Origin: Alloascoidea hylecoeti
Lineage: Eukaryota
Assembly (NCBI GenBank): GCA_001600815.1
Contig: BCKZ01000002.1
Span: forward strand, 186,001 to 250,000
Length of the DNA: 64,000 nucleotides
Reading direction: 5' to 3'
The position numbers and the translations under genes were made by a program. Below are positions 35,023 to 46,133 of the stretch, in pieces; the first letter of the stretch is position 1, and each line of letters starts with the position of its first letter. A model generated the notes under the pieces. The model had not been told where the DNA came from and ran no database searches. It saw only the letters and a list, made by a program, of their open reading frames with translations.

Positions 35023-35469
35023 ATGTTAAGATTTTTAAAAACACCATCGCGACAGGTCGTCCTGACTGCCAATAGACGGGCTGTACAATCAATCGCCAAC
35101 TACTCAACTGCTGTTTTGGAGCAAGAGACATCAAAACCAGTCTCAGTCAAAGTCAAACAACAAGCTCCAAACAGAGTAGAAACATGGGCCGCTAGTCAAA
35201 GACCCAGAAGTGATGTTTTTAAAGGTCCAAGATTTGAACAGGTTAACTTGGAGGAACAACCTGCTCCTTATGCTGCCATCGATTTGATTGCCAAACAACC
35301 AATTCGTTATGTTCACGGACAATCTGCAGTTTGTGATGGAGGAAACGGTGCTCAAGGTCATCCCAAGATCTTCATCAATGTTGAAGCACCAGGTTCTCAT
35401 GCATGTCTATATTGTGGCTTAAGATATGCCGAAGAAAAGTACAAGGCTTCTCTAGAAAAGAAAGAATGA
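35023..35469 (+). CDS. NDUFS6: Complex I zinc-finger (CHCC) subunit NDUFS6/NUMM
   Basis: Presequence; GPRFEQ, CDGG.G.QGHPKIFIN, CLYCG. Confidence 0.9.
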   Translation: MLRFLKTPSRQVVLTANRRAVQSIANYSTAVLEQETSKPVSVKVKQQAPNRVETWAASQRPRSDVFKGPRFEQVNLEEQPAPYAAIDLIAKQPIRYVHGQSAVCDGGNGAQGHPKIFINVEAPGSHACLYCGLRYAEEKYKASLEKKE

Positions 35470-35848
35470 ACAATTACTAAATATCGGAACAAATAACATG
35501 ATCCAGGAGGAACTGCGTATAGATCATAGTAGCTCAAATTATATGGATAAAAGCATCTTTAATATGATAAAAATTTATATTACTTATCTAGTTTATGACC
35601 TGCCATATTTTGTATTTAATATTAACTTATTTGCATTTACAATCCTTTTTAATGTAGATTAAAGGGCATTTTTCAATATCAAGATATGAGTACAGCCTTC
35701 CTAACATACTACACATAACTCACATATTTAACTAATATATTGATTAAATTGATAAATAGTGTTTTATTATTACAGTATAATTATGATGATCTATAACTAT
35801 TTACAGTTATAGATTCACTATAACAAGTAGTTTCCCATTATAAAATAT

Positions 35849-36789
35849 TTAGACCACCTGGGGAGCATATTTAGCAACAACAGCATTAAACAATTCATTC
35901 TTCTCTTGATAATCAATAACCGCAGGATGATCCGGAGAAACTTTTTTCAGAGTTTCTAAAGTTTCCTCATAATCATCGTCATTTAAAATATTTAATGCAA
36001 TAGTGTTAGCTAAAATATCAGGATCATCTGGGAAAATTTTAGAAACCGTTTCAATTGTAGTAGATGCCTCTGGCAATTGTTGTAATTGTAAATTGGCAGC
36101 AATTAAACCAGCTTGCGTTCTGGGGTTACCAGCATGAGATACGATATCTTCATAAAAGTATAATGCTTGATTTGATAATTTCCCGCCAACTTCAACATTA
36201 TACCATGCTTCAGCAAAGTTAAAAATGGTATTATCTTGAGCATGCTTTTTAGCTGATTTCAATTCTTTTGAAGCTAAATCTGGTCTATTTTGAATTAATC
36301 GTAAATTAACTAATAACGAGATGGCTTCTAATCCACCTTCATGATTAGATATTAAGTTAATGGCATCTTCAAGACTACCCTCCTTATATAAAACAATAGC
36401 ACCAAGAACTTCAACAGTTTCATTATTAGCATGATCTTCAATTAGTTGTTTAAGTGTTTCTAACCCTCCTTTATTATTTAATGTATATTGGGCATATGCA
36501 CCGACGGCTTTAAGACTGACCGCTTCAGAAGATTCGGTAGCTTTAACAACCTCCTTGGCTTTACCTAGAGCTATTTCAGCTCTGTAAATGTATTCCTGTG
36601 CCTTTTCACGGGATGTTTCTGAAAAATCAGAAGCTGATGTTTCGGCCACCTTGTCATATTGAGAGGTGAAAAACTGTTCTCGTATAGTGAATAAGTCTGA
36701 AAGTAAAGTTAGCAATTCAATGTAAAATATGGGTAGTAATAACTTCAATAAAATTCAAACAACATACCCTCTGTTTCTGTAAATGACAT
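35849..36789 (-). CDS. SEC28: Coatomer epsilon subunit (2 exons)
   Basis: Exons 36789-36768 and 36696-35849 (GTATGT..GCTAAC..CAG); DLFTIREQFF, NRPDLA.KEL, TPR-like helices. Confidence 0.9.
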
Positions 36790-37354
36790 TGTTATTCAGT
36801 TTGTTTTTTGTATATTTTAAAGATTAGGGCAGTTGTGTTGAGGGTGTTTATGTTAGCCGTAACTAAGTACTGAAAAGTTACGGTCAAATATGCTCTTCGC
36901 TATAATCAAACATAAGTTATGACTTGACAGTCGATTATTCGGATGGAAAGATACTTGGTTCATAATTCTTGCGGAAGGTATCACCAAGAACTAAAATGCA
37001 ACGATTTATAATTTTGGTTATATTTATCGACAGTCAAATTGATCCAATGATAAAAATAGAGTAACTAGATTTCAAATGTATTTTTGGTCTTAGCGTTGAC
37101 AATAAAAACTGGAAATTGATATTTTTAACCATAGATCTAGATATATCGATATAATTATATAAGTATAAGATTAAAGATTCTGGTTAAAAAGATGAGATTG
37201 ACATAATTGTTAGGGAGATAATACACTAATATTCAGGAACTTTATACGTCAAGTTCTAATCTATTGAGTTGAATATTCAGTGTGAATCACAATAATAATA
37301 CTATCTGATAAATGATAGCGCTTAGTCGTGTAATTAAAGTATTTAGAAAAAAAT

Positions 37355-39022
37355 TTAGTTCTTAGCACCCGGCACCATTCTAAATGAGAGTATATCATTC
37401 TTTCCAATATCAATTGTATCATCTTCAGCAATTCTGACTCCATTAACACCTTCAATTGCTGCAATTGTAACCTCACCAAGAATTCGTCGAGCTGCCAATC
37501 CCACAGGAGTTCCTCTCTTCAATAAAACACAATCTCTGAAAACATGTGCACCACCATAGTTGTTAATATTTCTAACAGGGAAAACTGGAACTAGACCAAG
37601 AACATCCGCTGCTGCTTGAAGAACTTGGACAACTCCAGTAGATCCGAATCTGTATAGCACTAAATCTCGAATAGTTTCCAATCGACTAGAATAATTAGTA
37701 AGAATCGAACATTAGATAACTTTTTTTTTAAAAAAAAATAGAGCTTACTTCTTCAGATTTTCATCTAGTAGCTTCAATCCCTCATCTGGTAGATCCTCAG
37801 CCGTATCGACAAATTCAGTACCTTCCTCATACTTGATATACCCTTGTTTCACCAATTTCCGTAACAAAACCTCAGTTATAGCAGAGGTTAAAACTGCCTT
37901 TGATTCTGGATAAGCACGAACAATCTTACTGACATTTTTATCTGAATCTGGATGATCTATTTTATTGAGAGCTAGAACTGTTGGAAATTTAGCGTTTGTG
38001 AATGCTTTAACTACTTCTGATATTGTAGCATTATCCCATTTATCAAGAGGGGGTAATTTCATGTTACTTATAGCCTTTGCTACAAGGCTTGCTGTACTTC
38101 CATAACCACTAAACTGGTTCTGTAATGTTTCAACTGTTGTTGATTCTAATAAGGTGTCAGTATATAACAAATTAGTCCAAGTGGTGTAGGATAATTACTT
38201 ACTTGTAGCTGTATGGCGTCGTACAATAGATCCCCTATAATAAGTGTTAATTGGAGTATGAGGAGTATTAATGTAAGCAATATACTCACCATTTCTCTTT
38301 CAAATTCCCTTCAATCCACTGTTGAATTTCGTCTTGTAGCCATGTGACGTCTTGAAGCGGGTCATAACCTCTTATAGATATATATTCCGTTAGATTATGA
38401 AAATCATCCAACGGATTGTTCAAACATACCTTGTTGCCTTTCCTTCAGCATTAGTAGTACCCGAGACATCAACTACGTGTATTAGAGCATCAGCATGTCT
38501 TAAATCATCTAGAAATTTATTACCCAGTCCTCGTCCTATGATGACCCTTCATTAGTTTTGAATTCCAACTTGATTCATATATCACAAAACCTTTCACATT
38601 CACCTACCTTCATGAGCGCCAGGAACCAAGCCAGCAACATCAAGCAACATAATTGGAACATGTCTTTTCCCTTCCTTACACCAGCCATAATTGGGTTTGC
38701 ATTTATCTTCTAGTCCAAACCTAGCACAGGCACAATCAACTTGTAAATAGCCAGTTGCCTTGTTTGGATCGATGGTAGTGAAAGGGAATGCCCCCGTTTT
38801 TGCAGCAGCATCCGTTAAACCTTTCAATCAAGATGTTAAAAGTCACGAAATATTGGCTTTCACATTGCAAATAACTAACATACGTACTGTTTAGTCTATT
38901 AGATCCAAGTGTGTTAGAGGTGCTGTTATAGTATTAAATTTTTTAAAAACTATCAAAACTTACGTTGTAGATTTCCCACTCGATGGTTTCCCGACAATTC
39001 CAATAAGAGGATCTCTGACCAT
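37355..39022 (-). CDS. OBG-family GTPase, YGR210C-like (8 exons)
   Basis: Exons 39022-38964, 38895-38888, 38820-38608, 38535-38430, 38370-38290, 38234-38203, 38145-37749, 37685-37355; [37 protein letters not shown]. Confidence 0.9.
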
Positions 39023-39194
39023 TTTAATATATAGCAATATATTCCCAAATAATGTATATCTTTTTAGAAAAGATTTTATTCAAGCTTCTCACTGGATCTG
39101 TATTTGATTATGTAATTTTTATTTATATATTTACACGTGATAAAATACTTTAACAACTTCAACTTACTTTATCATAAGAAAAGCTATTTATATA

Positions 39195-40580
39195 ATGATA
39201 TTAAGATATATTGTGCCTCTTTCAATAAATGGTTCTAAACAACAACTTAAGATGATGTATCAAATTCGTGGTTATCAATTGCAATTCACTGATCATGAAA
39301 GGAAATATAGGAAAATACTCCAACGACCGACGATTCTAATAAATGAGGACGTTCTATTTAAATTACATACAACAATAGAAGAAGCACTAAATTTATTTCT
39401 TCTTAATGATGGTGTTCAAGTTTCAACTCAAAAAATTAAAGAGGCATGGACCAGAAATCTTGATAAAAATTTGAAAATTAACCCATTTTATCTAAAAACT
39501 GCAAATCCTGGCTTAAGCCATTATAACAGGCTTAATATTTATAAATCGTGGATACGTAAAACAGCTGCTCATACCTATCAACAAATTTCCGGAAGGTCTT
39601 CTGAATTACCTTTTGCTTTACAAACCGTTTTAAATAAAAGAATATTAACCCCTCAAAATGTCTATATTTCACAAGAGCAAATTGAGTTTATAAGAATTAT
39701 GAAAAAGCAAAATTTAATGTTTGGAATAATTTCCTGGAAATTTGGGCCAAATTATGAACAAATATTAAGGGAATTGTCAATAAATAATCTTCCAGATCCA
39801 TTGTTTTTATTGGGTCCTAATAATATGAAAGAAAAATCATCCTACAAATTTCCTTTGATCCCTTCTATTAATGCAGCGGATACTACGCTAGCGTTGCCAG
39901 ATTCAAAAGTATTCGAGAAAATACTATATGATATTAAACAGTCGAATGGCAATAATGAAGATTTAACGAATATATACTTTATTGATAATAAAGCCGGACA
40001 GACCTTTCGAATAGCACAATCAATAGGAATAAAAACAATTCTTATTACTAATTTAATGCCAAGAGCAGTGTCTGATATTGAACCCCAATTAGAATCACTT
40101 GAAGATTGTGTTTCACCCGTAAAGGAAAATAAAATGGAAGAGCTAATTCATTTGGAAAATCTCAACAATTTTCGCGTGAAGTCTCTACATGAAGTTAGTA
40201 GGATATTAAATGTTATGTACCCATTTAGAGCTACTGTTTACAGACCAAAAGGGGAAAGAATAAAATTGAAGAACAAAATTAAACAAGATAAAGAGAAGCA
40301 TATTTTTAATGAACCTGATAATTCACTCAACATACTTGGACCGCGAAAGGATGAGAAAGTTCAAAAACAAAAAATGTTCCAAGACAGTCAAAATGGAAAT
40401 AATCCAGACATGTTTAAACACATTGAACTTAAAAGAAGCACTATATTACAAGATGCTAGTCTGAGAGATACCCGTGATAAGAAAGTAGGAAATCAGAATC
40501 CTAAGCCATCTCGAGATATTGGTAAATTTGGTGATCTCTCGAATTATAAAACAAATTTACAAGAAAAGTCAAAGGCTTGA
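39195..40580 (+). CDS. Hypothetical protein with degenerate HAD-like fold, possibly mitochondrial
   Basis: 461-aa ORF; LPDSKVFEKIL..IYFIDN..AQSIGIKTILI resemble HAD motifs III/IV. Confidence 0.6.
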   Translation: MILRYIVPLSINGSKQQLKMMYQIRGYQLQFTDHERKYRKILQRPTILINEDVLFKLHTTIEEALNLFLLNDGVQVSTQKIKEAWTRNLDKNLKINPFYLKTANPGLSHYNRLNIYKSWIRKTAAHTYQQISGRSSELPFALQTVLNKRILTPQNVYISQEQIEFIRIMKKQNLMFGIISWKFGPNYEQILRELSINNLPDPLFLLGPNNMKEKSSYKFPLIPSINAADTTLALPDSKVFEKILYDIKQSNGNNEDLTNIYFIDNKAGQTFRIAQSIGIKTILITNLMPRAVSDIEPQLESLEDCVSPVKENKMEELIHLENLNNFRVKSLHEVSRILNVMYPFRATVYRPKGERIKLKNKIKQDKEKHIFNEPDNSLNILGPRKDEKVQKQKMFQDSQNGNNPDMFKHIELKRSTILQDASLRDTRDKKVGNQNPKPSRDIGKFGDLSNYKTNLQEKSKA

Positions 40581-41081
40581 TCATAAAGAACCTAGAAGTA
40601 TTCTACTATGGTTAACCAAAGGATGTGATAATGATCTTTTCATAATTCATTGTTTGGATTAGATATAAACGTATACATGTAGATACCACAATTCTCATGG
40701 AACGGTGCCCTATGTAATAGTAATCTTTAAGTTTTGGATCACTATGGTATACATTAATATTATATATTCATTGGTGGGAGAATGAATTATTACAATCAGA
40801 AAGACCAGCTGGTGTCTGGGAAAAATGTCACTGTGTAGATTCAATGGTAACATATTAAGAGTTCTTTTGTCAGGTATTAGTGTTATAAAGAGTTAAAGAA
40901 TGTAGTACGCGTAACTATAAGGAAATGACCGATTTTAAATAGTTTGCATTGCCATTATAAGGTCCTTATAGCTAACTAGGATATCTAGGGTATATAATAA
41001 TTATAAAACTAATAAAGTAATCTTCATCTTTACAATGTTTACAACATGTAAACCCTACTATATTTAACGTTGCCCTAATCT

Positions 41082-41097
41082 CCGGGTAACATATAAA
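41082..41097 (+). promoter_or_regulatory. Reb1-type site plus TATA box upstream of U5
   Basis: CCGGGTAA 41082-41089, TATAAA 41092-41097; the same TTACCCGG motif lies upstream of other genes (43087, 45258, 51895). Confidence 0.55.
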
Positions 41098-41148
41098 TGC
41101 TAATAAAAGAAAATTTTCACTCTCATTTTTGTTTTCTTTTCTTTAACC

Positions 41149-41250
41149 AAATCAGAAGGTCAACATCATAAATCGAATATGGCCCTTGCCTTTTACCAGA
41201 GCCATCCGGGTGTTGCCTTCAATGATTTTAACAAAGTTTTTGGAAATTTT
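41149..41250 (+). ncRNA. SNR7: U5 spliceosomal snRNA
   Basis: Invariant loop 1 GCCTTTTAC within ATGGCCCTTGCCTTTTACCAGAGCCATCCGGGTGTTG; GGTCAACATC pairs with GGTGTTGCC; U-rich Sm-like site at ~41234-41243; ends approximate. Confidence 0.93.
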
Positions 41251-41863
41251 CTTTTGAGTTTTTTTAACTCATCACACTTTTTAATGTTTGGATGGCGTGG
41301 TCGCTGACATACCTTAAAATGTTTAAATGAGTTGAATTGATTTTGAATTAATAATATGTAAGCTTATAAGGCCCTGTTTAGATTGAGTGTGGTGAATATT
41401 AATTAATATTTGGGTTGGACTATCATGTGGGAATTCATCTGCTTACGTTTAGGCCATTCTTTCTCTTGTAAAACTATGTAGCAGTGCAAGATACGATACA
41501 TAATTATAAAGGTTGATATAGGTAGTCATTCTATGATCATAGGACTACACTCAGTACGCCGATGAACTATCCACATACATCTTGGGATTCATCTTGGGAT
41601 TCATCTCGGAGGGAGGTTTCCAATGCAGGAAACAAAGTTAGCACCTATTTGTACTAAGCGCTCTAGATATTAAATTGTTAACGTTTCTCTTGGAGTTGGG
41701 ACGTGGTGGCGTACATTAATTATAAGCATTTAACGGAAATAAGAAATATATTCTAGATCTCAGCTACAAATGATTTTGATTGGAAGTTTTTATAAAATCA
41801 ACACAGAATCCTACAAGTTATAATTTCCATTATACATTCAATTAGCCTCATATAACAATTGCA

Positions 41864-42931
41864 ATGCCATCCCACAAAACTATCATCGAAGCAAATGATA
41901 AATTTGGGCCTCAATTAAAGAATCTTGTGACGGTAATAGTAGGTGGTACCAGTGGTATTGGTGAATATACGGCTTATAACTTTGCCAAATACACAAAATC
42001 TCCTTCAATATACATTGTTGGGAGAAATAAAGAAGCAGGTTCTAGAGTTATCGAAAATTTGAAGGCTTTGAACAACGACACAGATTCACACTATTATTTC
42101 CACAGCCATGATTTAACTCTTGTTTCAGAAGCCGAAAAATTTAGTAAGACGGTTTTGGATAATGAAGAAAAGGTTAATGTATTAATTGTTGCTCCTGGGT
42201 ATATGTCGTTGGAGAAGAAAAGGACCGACGAAGGAATTGATAAAAAGATGGCGATTAACTATTATTCACGTTGGAAAATTGTTGATAGGCTATTACCATT
42301 GCTATCAAAGGCAGCCAATTCTGGTGAAACGGCAAGAGTTGTCTCGATATTAAACAGCAACAGAAAAGAGTTCGCTTATCCTGATGATATTGGTTTAAAA
42401 CTGGATTCTCGTAAGCGCTTAAAAATGAAAGTATGAATTAGAAAACACTAACATAATATCATTAAACCAGACTATTCCATCCTCAATACTACTAAGCATA
42501 GCACGATGCTTAACTCACTTGCTGTTTTGGTAAGAATTTTAACTTGGATATCCCCATTGCGATAGTTTTTAACTCTCTTTTAGCATTTGTCCAGACAGTA
42601 CCCAAACATATCATTCACTCATGCTTTCCCTGGATTTGTTAAAACAGGGCTTGGCCGTGATCTCCCTTGGTATCTTCGTTCCACGATGAATCTTCTGGGC
42701 AATGTTTTCGCTACTTCTTCCATGCAAAGTGGTGAAATCTTCTTCTATGTCTCTGCTATTGGGAAAGAGTTCAATACTGGATCACATTTAATCAATCAGA
42801 ACTGCGACCCAATTTTTAAAAACCCGGATGAGAAAGGATATTTATGGGATCATATGGCCCAGGAAAAGGCTTGGGATCATACTTTGGAGGAGTTTAAACG
42901 AGTTTCTAATAATAGTAAAAGTACGACATAA
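41864..42931 (+). CDS. Short-chain dehydrogenase/reductase (3 exons)
   Basis: Exons 41864-42410, 42471-42529, 42584-42931; GGTSGIG, INYYSRW, FTHAFPGFVKT. Confidence 0.88.
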
Positions 42932-43133
42932 TTAATTTTAAATTTGTTTAGCTTAAGCCCTTAAATATTAATGAAAGTTGAGGTTGATTATATAAAACAT
43001 AACTAAATAGTATCATGATCAAAAATGATAGCTAGAGAATGAACTTTTTTTTAAATTTAAATTTCTTGAAACCTTTCTCCAAGTTTTTACCCGGATATCA
43101 ATATATTCGATATATGGTTTCTTTACTATATTT

Positions 43134-44684
43134 ATGGAGATGATAAGTATTATAGGAAGAAGAATACTTCGCACAAGTGTATCTCCGACTTTCATTGTTA
43201 AGAAGCGTTTCATATGCTCTTTGATTACTCGACAACAATTGGATTCCGAGCTCGGACCTCCCAAATTTCACTTTCAGGATATTGAAAAACCTTTAAGAAA
43301 TCTTGTTGACGATCTTTTATCCCTTAATTACCTTACTAATATAATCACAAAGATTATGGTGAGGAAAAAACATCTTGTTGAACTTCTAGGAAATGGGAAC
43401 ATGACAATGGATGAGTATAGTACTCGCATAAACATGTTACTCGGTATAACTGGTGATATAAATAATCTAAAGAGTGACATTTATGAGCCAACTCTTATTG
43501 ATGAAACTACAATGCCATGTATAAATATATCAATACTAAAGTTTGCAGATGTTTCAACACTTAATTTAATGTTAAAGACTCTTCATGAGAGAGAATTCTA
43601 CAACATATTAACAAACAATAGAAAATTAACCATACTACAGCCTAATTATGTTCAAAATCAATATTGGCCCAGTTTTAAAAGAGCAATTCCAGATGAAAGT
43701 GTGAATGAGAAAATTTCAAACCTCTTCTCCAATTTCTTTTTTTTAGGGGGAAAACAACAAAATCTACAATATTATTCAGACTTGTATCTTCAACTGGCGC
43801 AAATTCTTATTAAAAGTGAAGGTCCAATATCATGCTATCAATTAAATCTCATCCTTACAAATCTTATAAGATTTAAACAAAACGGTGCGGCAATGGTAGT
43901 TTTACGACATATGTTACGAATGGTTCCTATGAGTGAAAAGTTTTATAACAAAAAGAAATTCAGAGTATGGTATCTGGAACATATAGTTGATCAATCGGAG
44001 GGTGAAATTTCTGCTAAGGATTTCACTAATTATATCAATAGTCAAGGTGAAGAAATTGTTGTTAGAAAAGTAGCAGGGGAATTGGACTTTCGAAAGGGAT
44101 CAATAATACGCCCAAGTGAGTCTACATTTAATTTAATGCTTACTCTTTATAGAATAAATGGAAATCGTCGTAGTTTTCTATCTCTGGTTCGACTACTGGA
44201 ATTGGATGAACCTCCCGCTCCTGTATTTATTGAAAGACAAAATGAAATTTATGAAGAAGTCGATCCACTTTCACCGATTGAAAAGGCCCAACAATATGTA
44301 TTTTTTAATGGTAAAGATATTAAACATCTTAATTCACAATTATATGCCAATGCAATTGCTGGTTTACTACGATTTTCAAAATTCAACTTAATAAAAAGGT
44401 TATTAGCTAAGCTGATGTCACAAAATACTGGCTCAAAATCAAAACACTTGGATGTTTCTCTTCAAGCAGATGTTCTATATTCTTGCATCTATGTGGCAGA
44501 AGCTCTAAATGACAAAGAAGCTCTTCTTTGGATTTGGAATCAAGCAAACATGCTTCAAACCCCAGATATTTATTTGTTGAACAAATTATTACACGTCTCA
44601 AAGCAAATGAGATACTTAAAGTTAACAGGACTAATTACAAAAAGCAAACACTACAGTTCTCTTAAAATAGACAATAAGAATTAA
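43134..44684 (+). CDS. Hypothetical mitochondrial helical-repeat (PPR-like) protein
   Basis: Arg-rich presequence; PSESTFNLMLTLY and QLYANAIAGLL resemble PPR units. Confidence 0.55.
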   Translation: MEMISIIGRRILRTSVSPTFIVKKRFICSLITRQQLDSELGPPKFHFQDIEKPLRNLVDDLLSLNYLTNIITKIMVRKKHLVELLGNGNMTMDEYSTRINMLLGITGDINNLKSDIYEPTLIDETTMPCINISILKFADVSTLNLMLKTLHEREFYNILTNNRKLTILQPNYVQNQYWPSFKRAIPDESVNEKISNLFSNFFFLGGKQQNLQYYSDLYLQLAQILIKSEGPISCYQLNLILTNLIRFKQNGAAMVVLRHMLRMVPMSEKFYNKKKFRVWYLEHIVDQSEGEISAKDFTNYINSQGEEIVVRKVAGELDFRKGSIIRPSESTFNLMLTLYRINGNRRSFLSLVRLLELDEPPAPVFIERQNEIYEEVDPLSPIEKAQQYVFFNGKDIKHLNSQLYANAIAGLLRFSKFNLIKRLLAKLMSQNTGSKSKHLDVSLQADVLYSCIYVAEALNDKEALLWIWNQANMLQTPDIYLLNKLLHVSKQMRYLKLTGLITKSKHYSSLKIDNKN

Positions 44685-45211
44685 AACATTATATAAAATC
44701 TAATTTTGCTCTATAATAAATCCGTTAGTATTATGTTTTAGTATGTATCCCTATATCAAGCACTAAAAGTGAATTTGTAGGTTTGAGCATTAAAATCATG
44801 TACACAGGTTTCGTCAATTTGAAGAAGACTTGATTTTCTTCATCAATCAGGGGATTGACAGATATGTAAAAAGTTTCTAATCATTTTTAAAATGTCTTAA
44901 ACCTGTCAAATTTCTAGTGATTGTAAATGAATTCAGATTCAGTCATACCTAAGAGCAAAAGTGTTAGAAAAATTAATAACAATTAACCAGAATTTAACTA
45001 ATATGATGGGAAGCTTTACAATTCAGGGCTTCTTAGAGGTTGGGTAATTATCACCGAGATATATTTATCTACTCAACCCATGTCTTGTCATCATTAAAAA
45101 AAGCATCATATATTATTGAAGACTATTATTAGGATCTTACCTTTTAAAAAATGGCAATTGTATGTTGCAATGTCCGTTATATGCAATTTAAAAGAAAGAA
45201 AGAAAGGAAAC

Positions 45212-45221
45212 TGAAAATTTT
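45212..45221 (+). promoter_or_regulatory. RRPE ribosome-biogenesis motif upstream of TRM112
   Basis: TGAAAATTTT, followed by TTACCCGG at 45258. Confidence 0.5.
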
Positions 45222-45357
45222 AGCACACTTTTATAGCAAAATTTAAAGTTCGTCAAATTACCCGGAATTGGCATCAAAATTTTGATCATTATTGAAATAT
45301 GAAATGTTTTATACTAATAATCTATCTCAATATTTAAATTTTCGATATATATCAATA

Positions 45358-45885
45358 ATGAAGTTTCTGACGACTAATTTTATTCAATGTGCTGTGAAAT
45401 CATGCGCCTCTAGTGGAAATGCTTTTCCTTTACACTTTAAAGCAGATCAGTTAGTTCAACAAGACGTTGAATTTGAAAAAGAATTTATAATAAATATGCT
45501 TCCAAGATTAGATTGGAGTGCTATACTAAGTGCTGCCGCGGATGTGAGTTTACTGAAATAGCTATCCTAAATGTTAGCAAGAATCTTACAAATATAACAT
45601 CATGATTAACCTATTTGATTAATAGTTAGGAAATACATCTTTACCACCAGCAAAACCAGACACTTCAGACCTTGAGGAAAATGAGCAATTAGTGAAAGAT
45701 TTACATAACCTATTACTGGAGGTTCGTGATATAACTTTTGTGACTTGGTTTTATTTTATATATGATTACTAACAGAAAATTAGACACAAATTATCGAAGG
45801 TGAAATGCAATGTTCAAATTGTCATCATATTTACTACATCAAAAATTCAATTCCCAATTTTTTATTACCTGCCCATTTGGCTTGA
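45358..45885 (+). CDS. TRM112: Methyltransferase activator Trm112 (3 exons)
   Basis: Exons 45358-45543, 45626-45721, 45784-45885; MKFLTTNFIQCAVKSC...EGEMQCSNCHHIYYIKNSIPNFLLP. Confidence 0.95.
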
Positions 45886-46133
45886 ATATGAAATTTTAAC
45901 TTTCATGCATTTCTAATCATTAGATTTATATTTTGGGAAATATATATGCATATATAATTTTAGGTTATACAGAATAGAGAATATCATATCTCAAATTACT
46001 GCCCAGATGCTATATAAATATTACAGTATAATTGTTATTTTTACGTGACTTTATTTTAAAATGTTCTCATACGAAGTATATTGATGTGACCAATATAATA
46101 ACAAATAGCTATAGGCCTTTAAAAGATTTATAA

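Noticed and set aside
44790..45040. Possible spliced gene relic between the PPR-like gene and TRM112
   Set aside because: Short interrupted frames with no recognisable homology
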